This document shows, one piece after another, positions 46,766 through 61,170 of a stretch of DNA of 64,000 nt. Each line of letters opens with the position of its first letter. Position 1 is the first letter of the stretch. The stretch is taken from NCBI RefSeq assembly GCF_009914755.1, contig NC_060925.1. One strand, given 5' to 3'. The stretch is from the human T2T-CHM13v2.0 reference genome, Homo sapiens. The notes beneath the pieces are model-generated. The model saw nothing but the letters and a program-made list of their open reading frames with translations. It had not been told where the DNA came from and searched no databases. Both the position numbers and the translations under genes were made by a program.

Positions 46766-48540
46766 ATGGAATCGTCATCGAATGAATTGAATGCAATCAT
46801 CGAATGGTCTCGAATGGAATCATCTTCACATGGAATGGAATGGAATCATCGCATAGAATCGAATGGAATTATCATCGAATGGAATCGAATGGTATCAACA
46901 TCAAACGGAAAAAAACGGAATTATCGAATGGAATCAAAGAGAATCTTCGAACGGACCCGAATGGAATCATCTAATGGAATGGAATGGAATAATCCATGGA
47001 CTCGAATGCAATCATCATCGAATGGAATCGAATGGAATCATTGAAAGGACTCGAATGGAATAATCATTGAACGGAATCGAATGGAATCATCATCGGATGG
47101 AAATGAATGGAATCATCATCGAATGGAATCGAATAGAATTATGGAATGAAATCCAGTGTGATCATCATCGAATGGACCCGAATGGAATCATCATCCAACG
47201 GAAGCTAATGGAATCAACATCCAATGAATCGAATGGAAACACCATCGAATTGAAACGAATGGAATTATCATGAAATTGAAATGGATGGACTCATCATCGA
47301 ATGGATTCGAATGGAATCATCGAATAAAATTGATTGAAATCATCATCGAATGGAATCGAATGGTATCATTGAATGGAATCGAATGGAATCATCATCAGAT
47401 GGAAATGAATGGAATCGTCATAGAATGGAATCGAATGGATTCATTGAATGGAATCAGATGGAATCATCGAATGGACTGGAATGGAATCATTGAATGGACT
47501 CGAAAGGGATCATTATTGAATGGAATTGAATGGAATCATCGAATGGTCTCGATTGGAATCATTATCAAATGGAATCGAATGGAATCACCGAATAGAATCG
47601 AATGGAACAATCATCGAATGGACTCAAATGGAATTATCCTCAAATAGAATCGAATGGAATTATCGAATGCAATCGAATGGAATTATCGAATGCAATCGAA
47701 TAGAATCATCGAATGGACTCGAATGGAATCATCGAATGGAATGGAATGGAACAGTCAATAAACTCGAATGGAATCATCATTGAATGGAATCGAATGGAAT
47801 CATCGAGTGGAATCGAATGGAATTATGATCAAATGGAATCGAATGTAATCATCATCAAATGGAATCAAAAATAACCATCATCAATTGGTATTGAATGGAA
47901 TTGTCATCAAATGGAATTCAAAGGAATCATCATCAAATGGAACCGAATGGAATCCTCATTGAATGGAAATGAAAGGGGTCATCATCTAATGGAATCGCAT
48001 GGAATCATCATCAAACGGAATCGAATGGAATCATCATCAAATGGAATCGAATGGAATCATTGAAAGAATTGAATGGAATCATCATCGAATGAATTGAATG
48101 CAATCATCGAATGGTCTCGAATGGAATCATCTTCTAATGGAAAGGAATGGAATCATCGCATAGAATCGAATGGAATTATCATCGAATGGAATCGAATGGT
48201 ATCAACACCAAACGGAAAAAAACGGAATTATCGAATGGAATCGAAGAGAATCTTCGAACGGACCCGAATGGAATCATCTAATGGAATGGAATGGAATAAT
48301 CCATGGAGTCGAATGCAATCATCATCGAATGGAATCGAATGGAATCATCGAATGGACTCGAATGGAATAATCATTGAACGGAATCGAATGGAATCATCAT
48401 CGGATGGAAACGAATGGAATCATCATCGAATGGAAATGAAAGGAGTCATCATCTAATGGAATTGCATGGAATCATCATCAAATGGAATCGAATGGAATCA
48501 ACATCAAATGGAATCAAATGGAATCATTGAACGGAATTGA

Positions 48541-51500
48541 ATGGAATCGTCATCGAATGAATTGAATGCAATCATCGAATGGTCTCGAATGGAATCATCT
48601 TCAAATGGAATGGAATGGAATCATCGCATAGAATCGAATGGAATTATCATCGAATGGAATCGAATGGAATCAACATCAAACGGAAAAAAACGGAATTATC
48701 GAATGGAATCGAAGAGAATCATCGAATGGACCCGAATGGAATCATCTAATGGAATGGAATGGAATAATCCATGGACTCGAATGCAATCATCATCGAATGG
48801 AATCGAATGGAATCATCGAATGGACTCGAATGGAATAATCATTGAACGGAATCGAATGGAATCATCATCGGATGGAAATGAATGGAATCATCATCGAATG
48901 GAATCGAATAGAATTATGGAATGAAATCCAGTGTGATCATCATCGAATGGACCCGAATGGAATCATCATCCAACGGAAGCTAATGGAATCAACATCGAAT
49001 GAATCAAATGGAAACACCATCGAATTGAAACCAATGGAATTACCATGAAATTGAAATGGATGGACTCATCCTCAAATGGATTCGAGTGGAATCATCAAAT
49101 AAAATTGATTGAAATCATCATCGAATGGAATCGAATGGTATCATTGAATGGAATCGAATGGAATCATCATCAGATGGAAATGAAAGGAATCGTCATAGAA
49201 TGGAATCGAATGGATTCATTGAATGGAATCAGATGGAATCATTGAATGGACTGGAATGGAATCATTGAATGGACTCGAAAGGGATCATTATTGAATGGAA
49301 TTGAATGGAATCATCGAATGGTCTCGATTGGAATCATTATCAAATGGAATCGAATGGAATCACCAAATAGAATCGAATGGAACAATCATCGAATGGACTC
49401 AAATGGAATTATCCTCAAATGGAATTGAATGGAATTATCGAATGCAATCGAATGGAATTATCGAATGCAATCGAATAGAATCATCGAATGGACTCGAATG
49501 GAATCATCGAATGGAATGGAATGGAACAGTCAATGAACTCGAATGGAATCATCATTGAATGGAATCGAATGGAATCATCGAGTGGAATCGAATGTAATCA
49601 TCATCAAATGGAATCAAAAATAACCATCATCAAATGGAATCAAAAATAACCATCATCAATTGGTATTGAATGGAATTCTCATCAAATGGAATTCAAAGGA
49701 ATCATCATCAAATGGAACCGAATGGAATCCTCATTGAATGGAAATGAAAGGGGTCATCATCTAATGGAATCGCATGGAATCATCATCAAATGGAATCGAA
49801 TGGAATCAACATCAAATGGAATCAAATGGAATCATTGAACGGAATTGAATGGAATCGTCATCGAATGAATTGAATGCAATCATCGAATGGTCTCGAATGG
49901 AATCATCTTCAAATGGAATGGAATGGAATCATCGCATAGAATCGAATGGAATTTTCATCGAATGGAATCGAATGGAATCAACATCAAACGGAAAAAAACG
50001 GAATTATCGAATGGAATCGAAGAGAATCACCGAATGGACCCGAATGGAATCATCTAATGGAATGGAATGGAATAATCCATGGACTCGAATGCAATCATCA
50101 TCGAATGGAATCGAATGGAATCATCGAATGGACTCGAATGGAATAATCATTGAACGGAATCGAATGGAATCATCATCGGATGGAAATGAATGGAATCATC
50201 ATCGAATGGAATCGAATAGAATTATGGAATGAAATCCAGTGTGATCATCATCGAATGGACCCGAATGGAATCATCATCCAACGGAAGCTAATGGAATCAA
50301 CATCGAATGAATCAAATGGAAACACCATCGAATTGAAACGAATGGAATTACCATGAAATTGAAATGGATGGACTCATCCTCAAATGGATTCGAGTGGAAT
50401 CATCGAATAAAATTGATTGAAATCATCATCGAATGGAATCGAATGGTATCATTGAATGGAATCGAATGGAATCATCATCAGATGGAAATGAAAGGAATCG
50501 TCATAGAATGGAATCGAATGGATTCATTGAATGGAATCAGATGGAATCATTGAATGGACTGGAATGGAATCATTGAATGGACTCGAAAGGGATCATTATT
50601 GAATGGAATTGAATGGAATCATCGAATGGTCTCGATTGGAATCATTATCAAATGGAATCGAATGGAATCACCGAATAGAATCGAATGGAACAATCATCGA
50701 ATGGACTCAAATGGAATTATCCTCAAATGGAATTGAATGGAATTATCGAATGCAATCGAATGGAATTATCGAATGCAATCGAATAGAATCATCGAATGGA
50801 CTCGAATGGAATCATCGAATGGAATGGAATGGAACAGTCAATGAACTCGAATGGAATCATCATTGAATGGAATCGAATGGAATCATCGAGTGGAATCGAA
50901 TGTAATCATCATCAAATGGAATCAAAAATAACCATCATCAAATGGAATCAAAAATAACCATCATCAATTGGTATTGAATGGAATTCTCATCAAATGGAAT
51001 TCAAAGGAATCATCATCAAATGGAACCGAATGGAATCCTCATTGAATGGAAATGAAAGGGGTCTTCATCTAATGGAATCGCATGGAATCATCATAAAATG
51101 GAATCGAATGGAATCAACATCAAATGGAATCAAATGGAATAATTGAACGGAATTGAATGGAATCGTCATCGAATGAATTGAATGCAATCATCGAATGGTC
51201 TCGAATGGAATCATCTTCAAATGGAATGGAATGGAATCATCGCATAGAATCGAAAGGAATTATCATCGAATGGAATCGAATGGAATCAACAGCAAACGGA
51301 AAAAAACGGAATTATCGAATGGAATCGAAGAGAATCATCGAATGGACCCGAATGGAATCATCTAATGGAATGGAATGGAATAATCCATGGACTCGAATGC
51401 AATCATCATCGAATGGAATCGAATGGAATCATCCAATGGACTCGAATGGAATAATCATTGAACGGAATCGAATGGAATCATCATCGGATGGAAATGAATG

Positions 51501-54500
51501 GAATCATCATCGAATGGAATCGAATAGAATTATGGAATGAAATCCAGTGTGATCATCATCGAATGGACCCGAATGGAATCATCATCCAACGGATGCTAAT
51601 GGAATCAACATCGAATGAATCAAATGGAAACACCATCGAATTGAAACGAATGGAATTACCATGAAATTGAAATGGATGGACTCATCATCGAATGGATTCG
51701 AAAGGAATCATCGAATAAAATTGATTGAAATCATCATCGAATGGAATCGAATGGTATCATTGAATGGAATCGAATGGAATCATCATCAGATGGAAATGAA
51801 TGGAATCGTCATAGAATGGAATCGAATGGATTCATTGAATGGAATCAGATGGAATCATCGAATGGACTGGAATGGAATCATTGAATGGACTCGAAAGGGA
51901 TCATTATTGAATGGAATTGAATGGAATCATCGAATGGTCTCGATTGGAATCATTATAAAATGGAATCGAATGGAATCACCGAATAGAATCGAATGGAACA
52001 ATCATCGAATGGACTCAAATGGAATTATCCTCAAATGGAATTGAATGGAATTATCGAATGCAATCGAATGGAATTATCGAATGCAATCGAATAGAATCAT
52101 CGAATGGACTCGAATGGAATCATCGAATGGAATGGAATGGAACAGTCAATGAACTCGAATGGAATCATCATTGAATGGAATCGAATGGAATCATCGAGTG
52201 GAATCGAATGTAATCATCATCAAATGGAATCAAAAATAACCATCATCAAATGGAATCAAAAATAACCATCATCAATTGGTATTGAATGGAATTCTCATCA
52301 AATGGAATTCAAAGGAATCATCATCAAATGGAACCGAATGGAATCCTCATTGAATGGAAATGAAAGGGGTCATCATCTAATGGAATCGCATGGAATCATC
52401 ATCAAATGGAATCGAATGGAATCAACATCAAATGGAATCAAATGGAATCATTGAACGGAATTGAATGGAATCGTCATTGAATGAATTGAATACAATCATC
52501 GAATGGTCTCGAATGGAATCATCTTCAAATGGAATGGAATGGAATCATCGCATAGAATCGAATGGAATTTTCATCGAATGGAATCGAATGGAATCAACAT
52601 CAAACGGAAAAAAACGGAATTATCGAATGGAATCGAAGATAATCACCGAATGGACCCGAATGGAATCATCTAATGGAATGGAATGGAATAATCCATGGAC
52701 TCGAATGCAATCATCATCGAATGGAATCGAATGGAATCATCGAATGGACTCGAATGGAATAATCATTGAACGGAATCGAATGGAATCATCATCGGATGGA
52801 AATGAATGGAATCATCATCGAATGGAATCGAATAGAATTATGGAATGAAATCCAGTGTGATCATCATCGAATGGACCCGAATGGAATCATCATCCAACGG
52901 AAGCTAATGGAATCAACATCGAATGAATCAAATGGAAACACCATCGAATTGAAACCAATGGAATTACCATGAAATTGAAATGGATGGACTCATCCTCAAA
53001 TGGATTCGAGTGGAATCATCGAATAAAATTGATTGAAATCATCATCGAATGGAATCGAATGGTATCATTGAATGGAATCGAATGGAATCATCATCAGATG
53101 GAAATGAAAGGAATCGTCATAGAATGGAATCGAATGGATTCATTGAATGGAATCAGATGGAATCATTGAATGGACTGGAATGGAATCATTGAATGGACTC
53201 GAAAGGGATCATTATTGAATGGAATTGAATGGAATCATCGAATGGTCTCGATTGGAATCATTATCAAATGGAATCGAATGGAATCACCAAATAGAATCGA
53301 ATGGAACAATCATCGAATGGACTCAAATGGAATTATCCTCAAATGGAATTGAATGGAATTATCGAATGCAATCGAATGGAATTATCGAATGCAATCGAAT
53401 AGAATCATCGAATGGACTCGAATGGAATCATCGAATGGAATGGAATGGAACAGTCAATGAACTCGAATGGAATCATCATTGAATGGAATCGAATGGAATC
53501 ATCGAGTGGAATCGAATGTAATCATCATCAAATGGAATCAAAAATAACCATCATCAAATGGAATCAAAAATAACCATCATCAATTGGTATTGAATGGAAT
53601 TCTCATCAAATGGAATTCAAAGGAATCATCATCAAATGGAACCGAATGGAATCCTCATTGAATGGAAATGAAAGGGGTCATCATCTAATGGAATCGCATG
53701 GAATCATCATAAAATGGAATCGAATGGAATCAACATCAAATGGAATCAAATGGAATATTTGAACGGAATTGAATGGAATCGTCATCGAATGAATTGAATG
53801 CAATCATCGAATGGTCTCGAATGGAATCATCTTCAAATGGAATGCAATGGAATCATCGCATAGAATCGAAAGGAATTATCATCGAATGGAATCGAATGGA
53901 ATCAACACCAAACGGAAAAAAACGGAATTATCGAATGGAATCGAAGAGAATCATCGAATGGACCCGAATGGAATCATCTAATGGAATGGAAAGGAATAAT
54001 CCATGGACTCGAATGCAATCATCATCGAATGGAATCGAATGGAATCATCCAATGGACTCGAATGGAATAATCATTGAACGGAATCGAATGGAATCATCAT
54101 CGGATGGAAATGAATGGAATCATCATCGAATGGAATCGAATAGAATTATGGAATGAAATCCAGTGTGATCATCATCGAATGGACCCGAATGGAATCATCA
54201 TCCAACGGATGCTAATGGAATCAACATCGAATGAATCAAATGGAAACACCATCGAATTGAAACGAATGGAATTACCATGAAATTGAAATGGATGGACTCA
54301 TCATCGAATGGATTCGAAAGGAATCATCGAATAAAATTGATTGAAATCATCATCGAATGGAATCGAATGGTATCATTGAATGGAATCGAATGGAATCATC
54401 ATCAGATGGAAATGAATGGAATCGTCATAGAATGGAATCGAATGGATTCATTGAATGGAATCAGATGGAATCATTGAATGGACTGGAATGGAATCATTGA

Positions 54501-56388
54501 ATGGACTCGAAAGGGATCATTATTGAATGGAATTGAATGGAATCATCGAATGGTCTCGATTGGAATCATTATCAAATGGAATCGAATGGAATCACCGAAT
54601 AGAATCGAATGGAACAATCATCGAATGGACTCAAATGGAATTATCCTCAAATGGAATTGAATGGAATTATCGAATGCAATCGAATGGAATTATCGAATGC
54701 AATCGAATAGAATCATCGAATGGACTCGAATGGAATCATCGAATGGAATGGAATGGAACAGTCAATGAACTCGAATGGAATCATCATTGAATGGAATCGA
54801 ATGGAATCATCGAGTGGAATCGAATGTAATCATCATCAAATGGAATCAAAAATAACCATCATCAAATGGAATCAAAAATAACCATCATCAATTGGTATTG
54901 AATGGAATTCTCATCAAATGGAATTCAAAGGAATCATCATCAAATGGAACCGAATGGAATCCTCATTGAATGGAAATGAAAGGGGTCATCATCTAATGGA
55001 ATCGCATGGAATCATCATCAAATGGAATCGAATGGAATCAACATCAAATGGAATCAAATGGAATCATTGAACGGAATTGAATGGAATCGTCATCGAATGA
55101 ATTGAATGCAATCATCGAATGGTCTCGAATGGAATCATCTTCAAATGGAATGGAATGGAATCATCGCATAGAATCGAATGGAATTTTCATCGAATGGAAT
55201 CGAATGGAATCAACATCAAACGGAAAAAAACGGAATTATCGAATGGAATCGAAGAGAATCACCGAATGGACCCGAATGGAATCATCTAATGGAATGGAAT
55301 GGAATAATCCATGGACTCGAATGCAATCATCATCGAATGGAATCGAATGGAATCATCGAATGGACTCGAATGGAATAATCATTGAACGGAATCGAATGGA
55401 ATCATCATCGGATGGAAATGAATGGAATCATCATCGAATGGAATCGAATAGAATTATGGAATGAAATCCAGTGTGATCATCATCGAATGGACCCGAATGG
55501 AATCATCATCCAACGGAAGCTAATGGAATCAACATCGAATGAATCAAATGGAAACACCATCGAATTGAAACGAATGGAATTACCATGAAATTGAAATGGA
55601 TGGACTCATCCTCAAATGGATTCGAGTGGAATCATCGAATAAAATTGATTGAAATCATCATCGAATGGAATCGAATGGTATCATTGAATGGAATCGAATG
55701 GAATCATCATCAGATGGAAATGAAAGGAATCGTCATAGAATGGAATCGAATGGATTCATTGAATGGAATCAGATGGAATCATTGAATGGACTGGAATGGA
55801 ATCATTGAATGGACTCGAAAGGGATCATTATTGAATGGAATTGAATGGAATCATCGAATGGTCTCGATTGGAATCATTATCAAATGGAATCGAATGGAAT
55901 CACCGAATAGAATCGAATGGAACAATCATCGAATGGACTCAAATGGAATTATCCTCAAATGGAATCGAATGGAATTATCGAATGCAATCGAATGGAATTA
56001 TCGAATGCAATCGAATAGAATCATCGAATGGACTCGAATGGAATCATCGAATGGAATGGAATGGAACAGTCAATGAACTCGAATGGAATCATCATTGAAT
56101 GGAATCGAATGGAATCATCGAGTGGAATCGAATGGAATTATGATCAAATGGAATCGAATGTAATCCTCATCAAATGGAATAAAAAATAACCATCATCAAT
56201 TGGTATTGAATGGAATTGTCATCAAATGGAATTCAAAGGAATCATCATCAAATGGAACCGAATGGAATCCTCATTGAATGGAAATGAAAGGGGTCATCAT
56301 CTAATGGAATCGCATGGAATCATCATCAAATGGAATCGAATGGAATCAACATCAAATGGAATCAAATGGAATCATTGAACGGAATTGA
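48541..56388 (+). repeat. Pure tandem run of 6 L modules (1308-bp period)
   Basis: Starts at 48541, 49849, 51157, 52465, 53773, 55081; variants shared with the 14139-27195 run. Confidence 0.92.
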
Positions 56389-59300
56389 ATGGAATCGTCA
56401 TCGAATGAATTGGATGCAATCATCGAATGGTCTCGAATGGAATCTTCTTCAAATGGAATGGAATGGAATCATCGCATAGAATCGAATGGAATTATCATCG
56501 AATGGAATCGAATGGAATCAACATCAAACGGAAAAAAACGGAATTATCGAATGGAATCGAAGAGAATCATCGAATGGACCCGAATGGAATCATCTAATGG
56601 AATGGAATGGAATAATCCATGGACTCGAATGCAATCATCATCGAATGGAATCGAATGGAATCATCGAATGGACTCGAATGGAATAATCATTGAACGGAAT
56701 CGAATGGAATCATCATCGGATGGAAACGAATGGAATCATCATCGAATGGAAATGAAAGGAGTCATCATCTAATGGAATTGCATGGAATCATCATAAAATG
56801 GAATCGAATGGAATCAACATCAAATGGAATCAAATGGAATCATTGAACGGAATTGAATGGAATCGTCATCGAATGAATTGACTGCAATCATCGAATGGTC
56901 TCGAATGTAATCACATTCTAATGGAAAGGAATGGAATCATCGCATAGAATCGAATGGAATTAACATTGAATGGACTCGAATGGAATCAACATCAAACGGA
57001 ATCAAGCGGAATTATCGAATGGAATCGAAGAGAATCATCGAATGGTCTCGAATGGAATCATCTTCTAATGGAAAGGAATGGAATCATCGCATAGAATCGA
57101 ATGGAATTAACATTGAATGGACTCGAATGGAATCAACATCAAATGGAATCAAGCGGAATTATCGAATGAAATCGAAGAGAATCATCGAATGGACTCGAAT
57201 GGAATCAACTAATGGAATGGAATAGAATAATCCACGGACTCGAATGCAATCATCATCGTATAGAATCGAATGGAATCATCGAATGGACACGAATGGAATA
57301 ATCATTGAACGGAAGCGAATGGAATCATCATCGGATGGAAACGAATGGAATCATCATCGAATGGAAATGAAAGGAGTCATCATCTAATGGAATTGCATGG
57401 AATCATCATAAAATGGAATCGAATGGAATCAAAATCAAATGGAATCAAATGGAATCATTGAACGGAATTGAATGGAATCGTCATCGAATGAATTGACTGC
57501 AATCATCGAATGGTCTCGAATGGAATCATCTTCAAATGGAATGGAATGGAATCATCGCATAGAATCGAATGGAATTATCATCGAATGGAATCGAATGGAA
57601 TCAACATCAAACGGAAAAAAACGGAATTATCGAATGGAATCGAAGAGAATCATCGAATGGACCCGAATGGAATCATCTAATGGAATGGAATGGAATAATC
57701 CATGGACTCGAATGCAATCATCATCGAATGGAATCGAATGGAATCATCGAATGGACTCGAATGGAATAATCATTGAACGGAATCGAATGGAATCATCATC
57801 GGATGGAAATGAATGGAATCATCATCGAATGGAATCGAATAGAATTATGGAATGAAATCCAGTGTGATCATCATCGAATGGACCCGAATGGAATAATCAT
57901 CCAACGGAAGCTAATGGAATCAACATCGAATGAATCGAATGGAAACACCATCGAATTGAAACGAATGGAATTATCATGAAATTGAAATGGATGGACTCAT
58001 CATCGGATGGATTCGAATGGAATCATCGAATAAAATTGATTGAAATCATCATCCAATGGAATCGAATGGTATCATTGAATGGAATCGAATGGAATCATCA
58101 TCAGATGGAAATGAATGGAATCGTCATAGAATGGAATCGAATGGATTCATTGAATGGAATCAGATGGAATCATCGAATGGACTGGAATGGAATCATTGAA
58201 TGGACTCGAAAGGGATCATGATTGAATGGAATTGAATGGAATCATCGAATGGTCTCGATTGGAATCATTATCAAATGGAATCGAATGGAATCACCGAATA
58301 GAATCGAATGGAACAATCATCGAATGGACTCAAATGGAATTATCCTCAAATGGAATCGAATGGAATTATCGAATGCAATCGAATGGAATTATCGAATGCA
58401 ATCGAATAGAATCATCGAATGGACTCGAATGGAATCATCGAATGGAATGGAATGGAACAGTCAATGAACTCGAATGGAATCATCATTGAATGGAATCGAA
58501 TGGAATCATCGAGTGGAATCGAATGGAATTATGATCAAATGCAATCGAATGTAATCCTCATCAAATGGAATCAAAAATAACCATCATCAATTGGTATTGA
58601 ATGGAATTGTCATCAAATGGAATTCAAAGGAATCATCATCAAATGGAACCGAATGGAATCCTCATTGAATGGAAATGAAAGGGGTCATCATCTAATGGAA
58701 TCGCATGGAATCATCATCAAATGGAATCGAATGGAATCAACATCAAATGGAATCAAATGGAATCATTGAACGGAATTGAATGGAATCGTCATCGAATGAA
58801 TTGGATGCAATCATCGAATGGTCTCGAATGGAATCTTCTTCAAATGGAATGGAATGGAATCATCGCATAGAATCGAATGGAATTATCATCGAATGGAATC
58901 GAATGGAATCAACATCAAACGGAAAAAAACGGAATTATCGAATGGAATCGAAGAGAATCATCGAATGGACCCGAATGGAATCATCTAATGGAATGGAATG
59001 GAATAATCCATGGACTCGAATGCAATCATCATCGAATGGAATCGAATGGAATCATCGAATGGACTCGAATGGAATAATCATTGAACGGAATCGAATGGAA
59101 TCATCATCGGATGGAAACGAATGGAATCATCATCGAATGGAAATGAAAGGAGTCATCATCTAATGGAATTGCATGGAATCATCATAAAATGGAATCGAAT
59201 GGAATCAACATCAAATGGAATCAAATGGAATCATTGAACGGAATTGAATGGAATCGTCATCGAATGAATTGACTGCAATCATCGAATGGTCTCGAATGTA

Positions 59301-61170
59301 ATCACATTCTAATGGAAAGGAATGGAATCATCGCATAGAATCGAATGGAATTAACATTGAATGGACTCGAATGGAATCAACATCAAACGGAATCAAGCGG
59401 AATTATCGAATGGAATCGAAGAGAATCATCGAATGGTCTCGAATGGAATCATCTTCTAATGGAAAGGAATGGAATCATCGCATAGAATCGAATGGAATTA
59501 ACATTGAATGGACTCGAATGGAATCAACATCAAATGGAATCAAGCGGAATTATCGAATGAAATCGAAGAGAATCATCGAATGGACTCGAATGGAATCATC
59601 TAATGGAATGGAATAGAATAATCCACGGACTCGAATGCAATCATCATCGTATAGAATCGAATGGAATCATCGAATGGACACGAATGGAATAATCATTGAA
59701 CGGAAGCGAATGGAATCATCATCGGATGGAAACGAATGGAATCATCATCGAATGGAAATGAAAGGAGTCATCATCTAATGGAATTGCATGGAATCATCAT
59801 AAAATGGAATCGAATGGAATCAAAATCAAATGGAATCAAATGGAATCATTGAACGGAATTGAATGGAATCGTCATCGAATGAATTGACTGCAATCATCGA
59901 ATGGTCTCGAATGGAATCATCTTCAAATGGAATGGAATGGAATCATCGCATAGAATCGAATGGAATTATCATCGAATGGAATCGAATGGAATCAACATCA
60001 AACGGAAAAAAACGGAATTATCGAATGGAATCGAAGAGAATCATCGAATGGACCCGAATGGAATCATCTAATGGAATGGAATGGAATAATCCATGGACTC
60101 GAATGCAATCATCATCGAATGGAATCGAATGGAATCATCGAATGGACTCGAATGGAATAATCATTGAACGGAATCGAATGGAATCATCATCGGATGGAAA
60201 TGAATGGAATCATCATCGAATGGAATCGAATAGAATTATGGAATGAAATCCAGTGTGATCATCATCGAATGGACCCGAATGGAATAATCATCCAACGGAA
60301 GCTAATGGAATCAACATCGAATGAATCGAATGGAAACACCATCGAATTGAAACGAATGGAATTATCATGAAATTGAAATGGATGGACTCATCATCGGATG
60401 GATTCGAATGGAATCATCGAATAAAATTGATTGAAATCATCATCCAATGGAATCGAATGGTATCATTGAATGGAATCGAATGGAATCATCATCAGATGGA
60501 AATGAATGGAATCGTCATAGAATGGAATCGAATGGATTCATTGAATGGAATCAGATGGAATCATCGAATGGACTGGAATGGAATCATTGAATGGACTCGA
60601 AAGGGATCATGATTGAATGGAATTGAATGGAATCATCGAATGGTCTCGATTGGAATCATTATCAAATGGAATCGAATGGAATCACCGAATAGAATCGAAT
60701 GGAACAATCATCGAATGGACTCAAATGGAATTATCCTCAAATGGAATCGAATGGAATTATCGAATGCAATCGAATGGAATTATCGAATGCAATCGAATAG
60801 AATCATCGAATGGACTCGAATGGAATCATCGAATGGAATGGAATGGAACAGTCAATGAACTCGAATGGAATCATCATTGAATGGAATCGAATGGAATCAT
60901 CGAGTGGAATCGAATGGAATTATGATCAAATGCAATCGAATGTAATCCTCATCAAATGGAATCAAAAATAACCATCATCAATTGGTATTGAATGGAATTG
61001 TCATCAAATGGAATTCAAAGGAATCATCATCAAATGGAACCGAATGGAATCCTCATTGAATGGAAATGAAAGGGGTCATCATCTAATGGAATCGCATGGA
61101 ATCATCATCAAATGGAATCGAATGGAATCATCATCAAATGGAATCTAATGGAATCATTGAACAGAATTGA
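56389..61170 (+). repeat. Tandem duplication of a 2391-bp unit (S468 + divergent 615 + L1308), two copies
   Basis: Starts at 56389/56857/57472 and 58780/59248/59863. Private variants TTGGATGCA, AATCTTCTTC, GTAATCACATTC, ATCAAGCGG and CATCGGATGGATTC occur in both copies. Confidence 0.92.
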
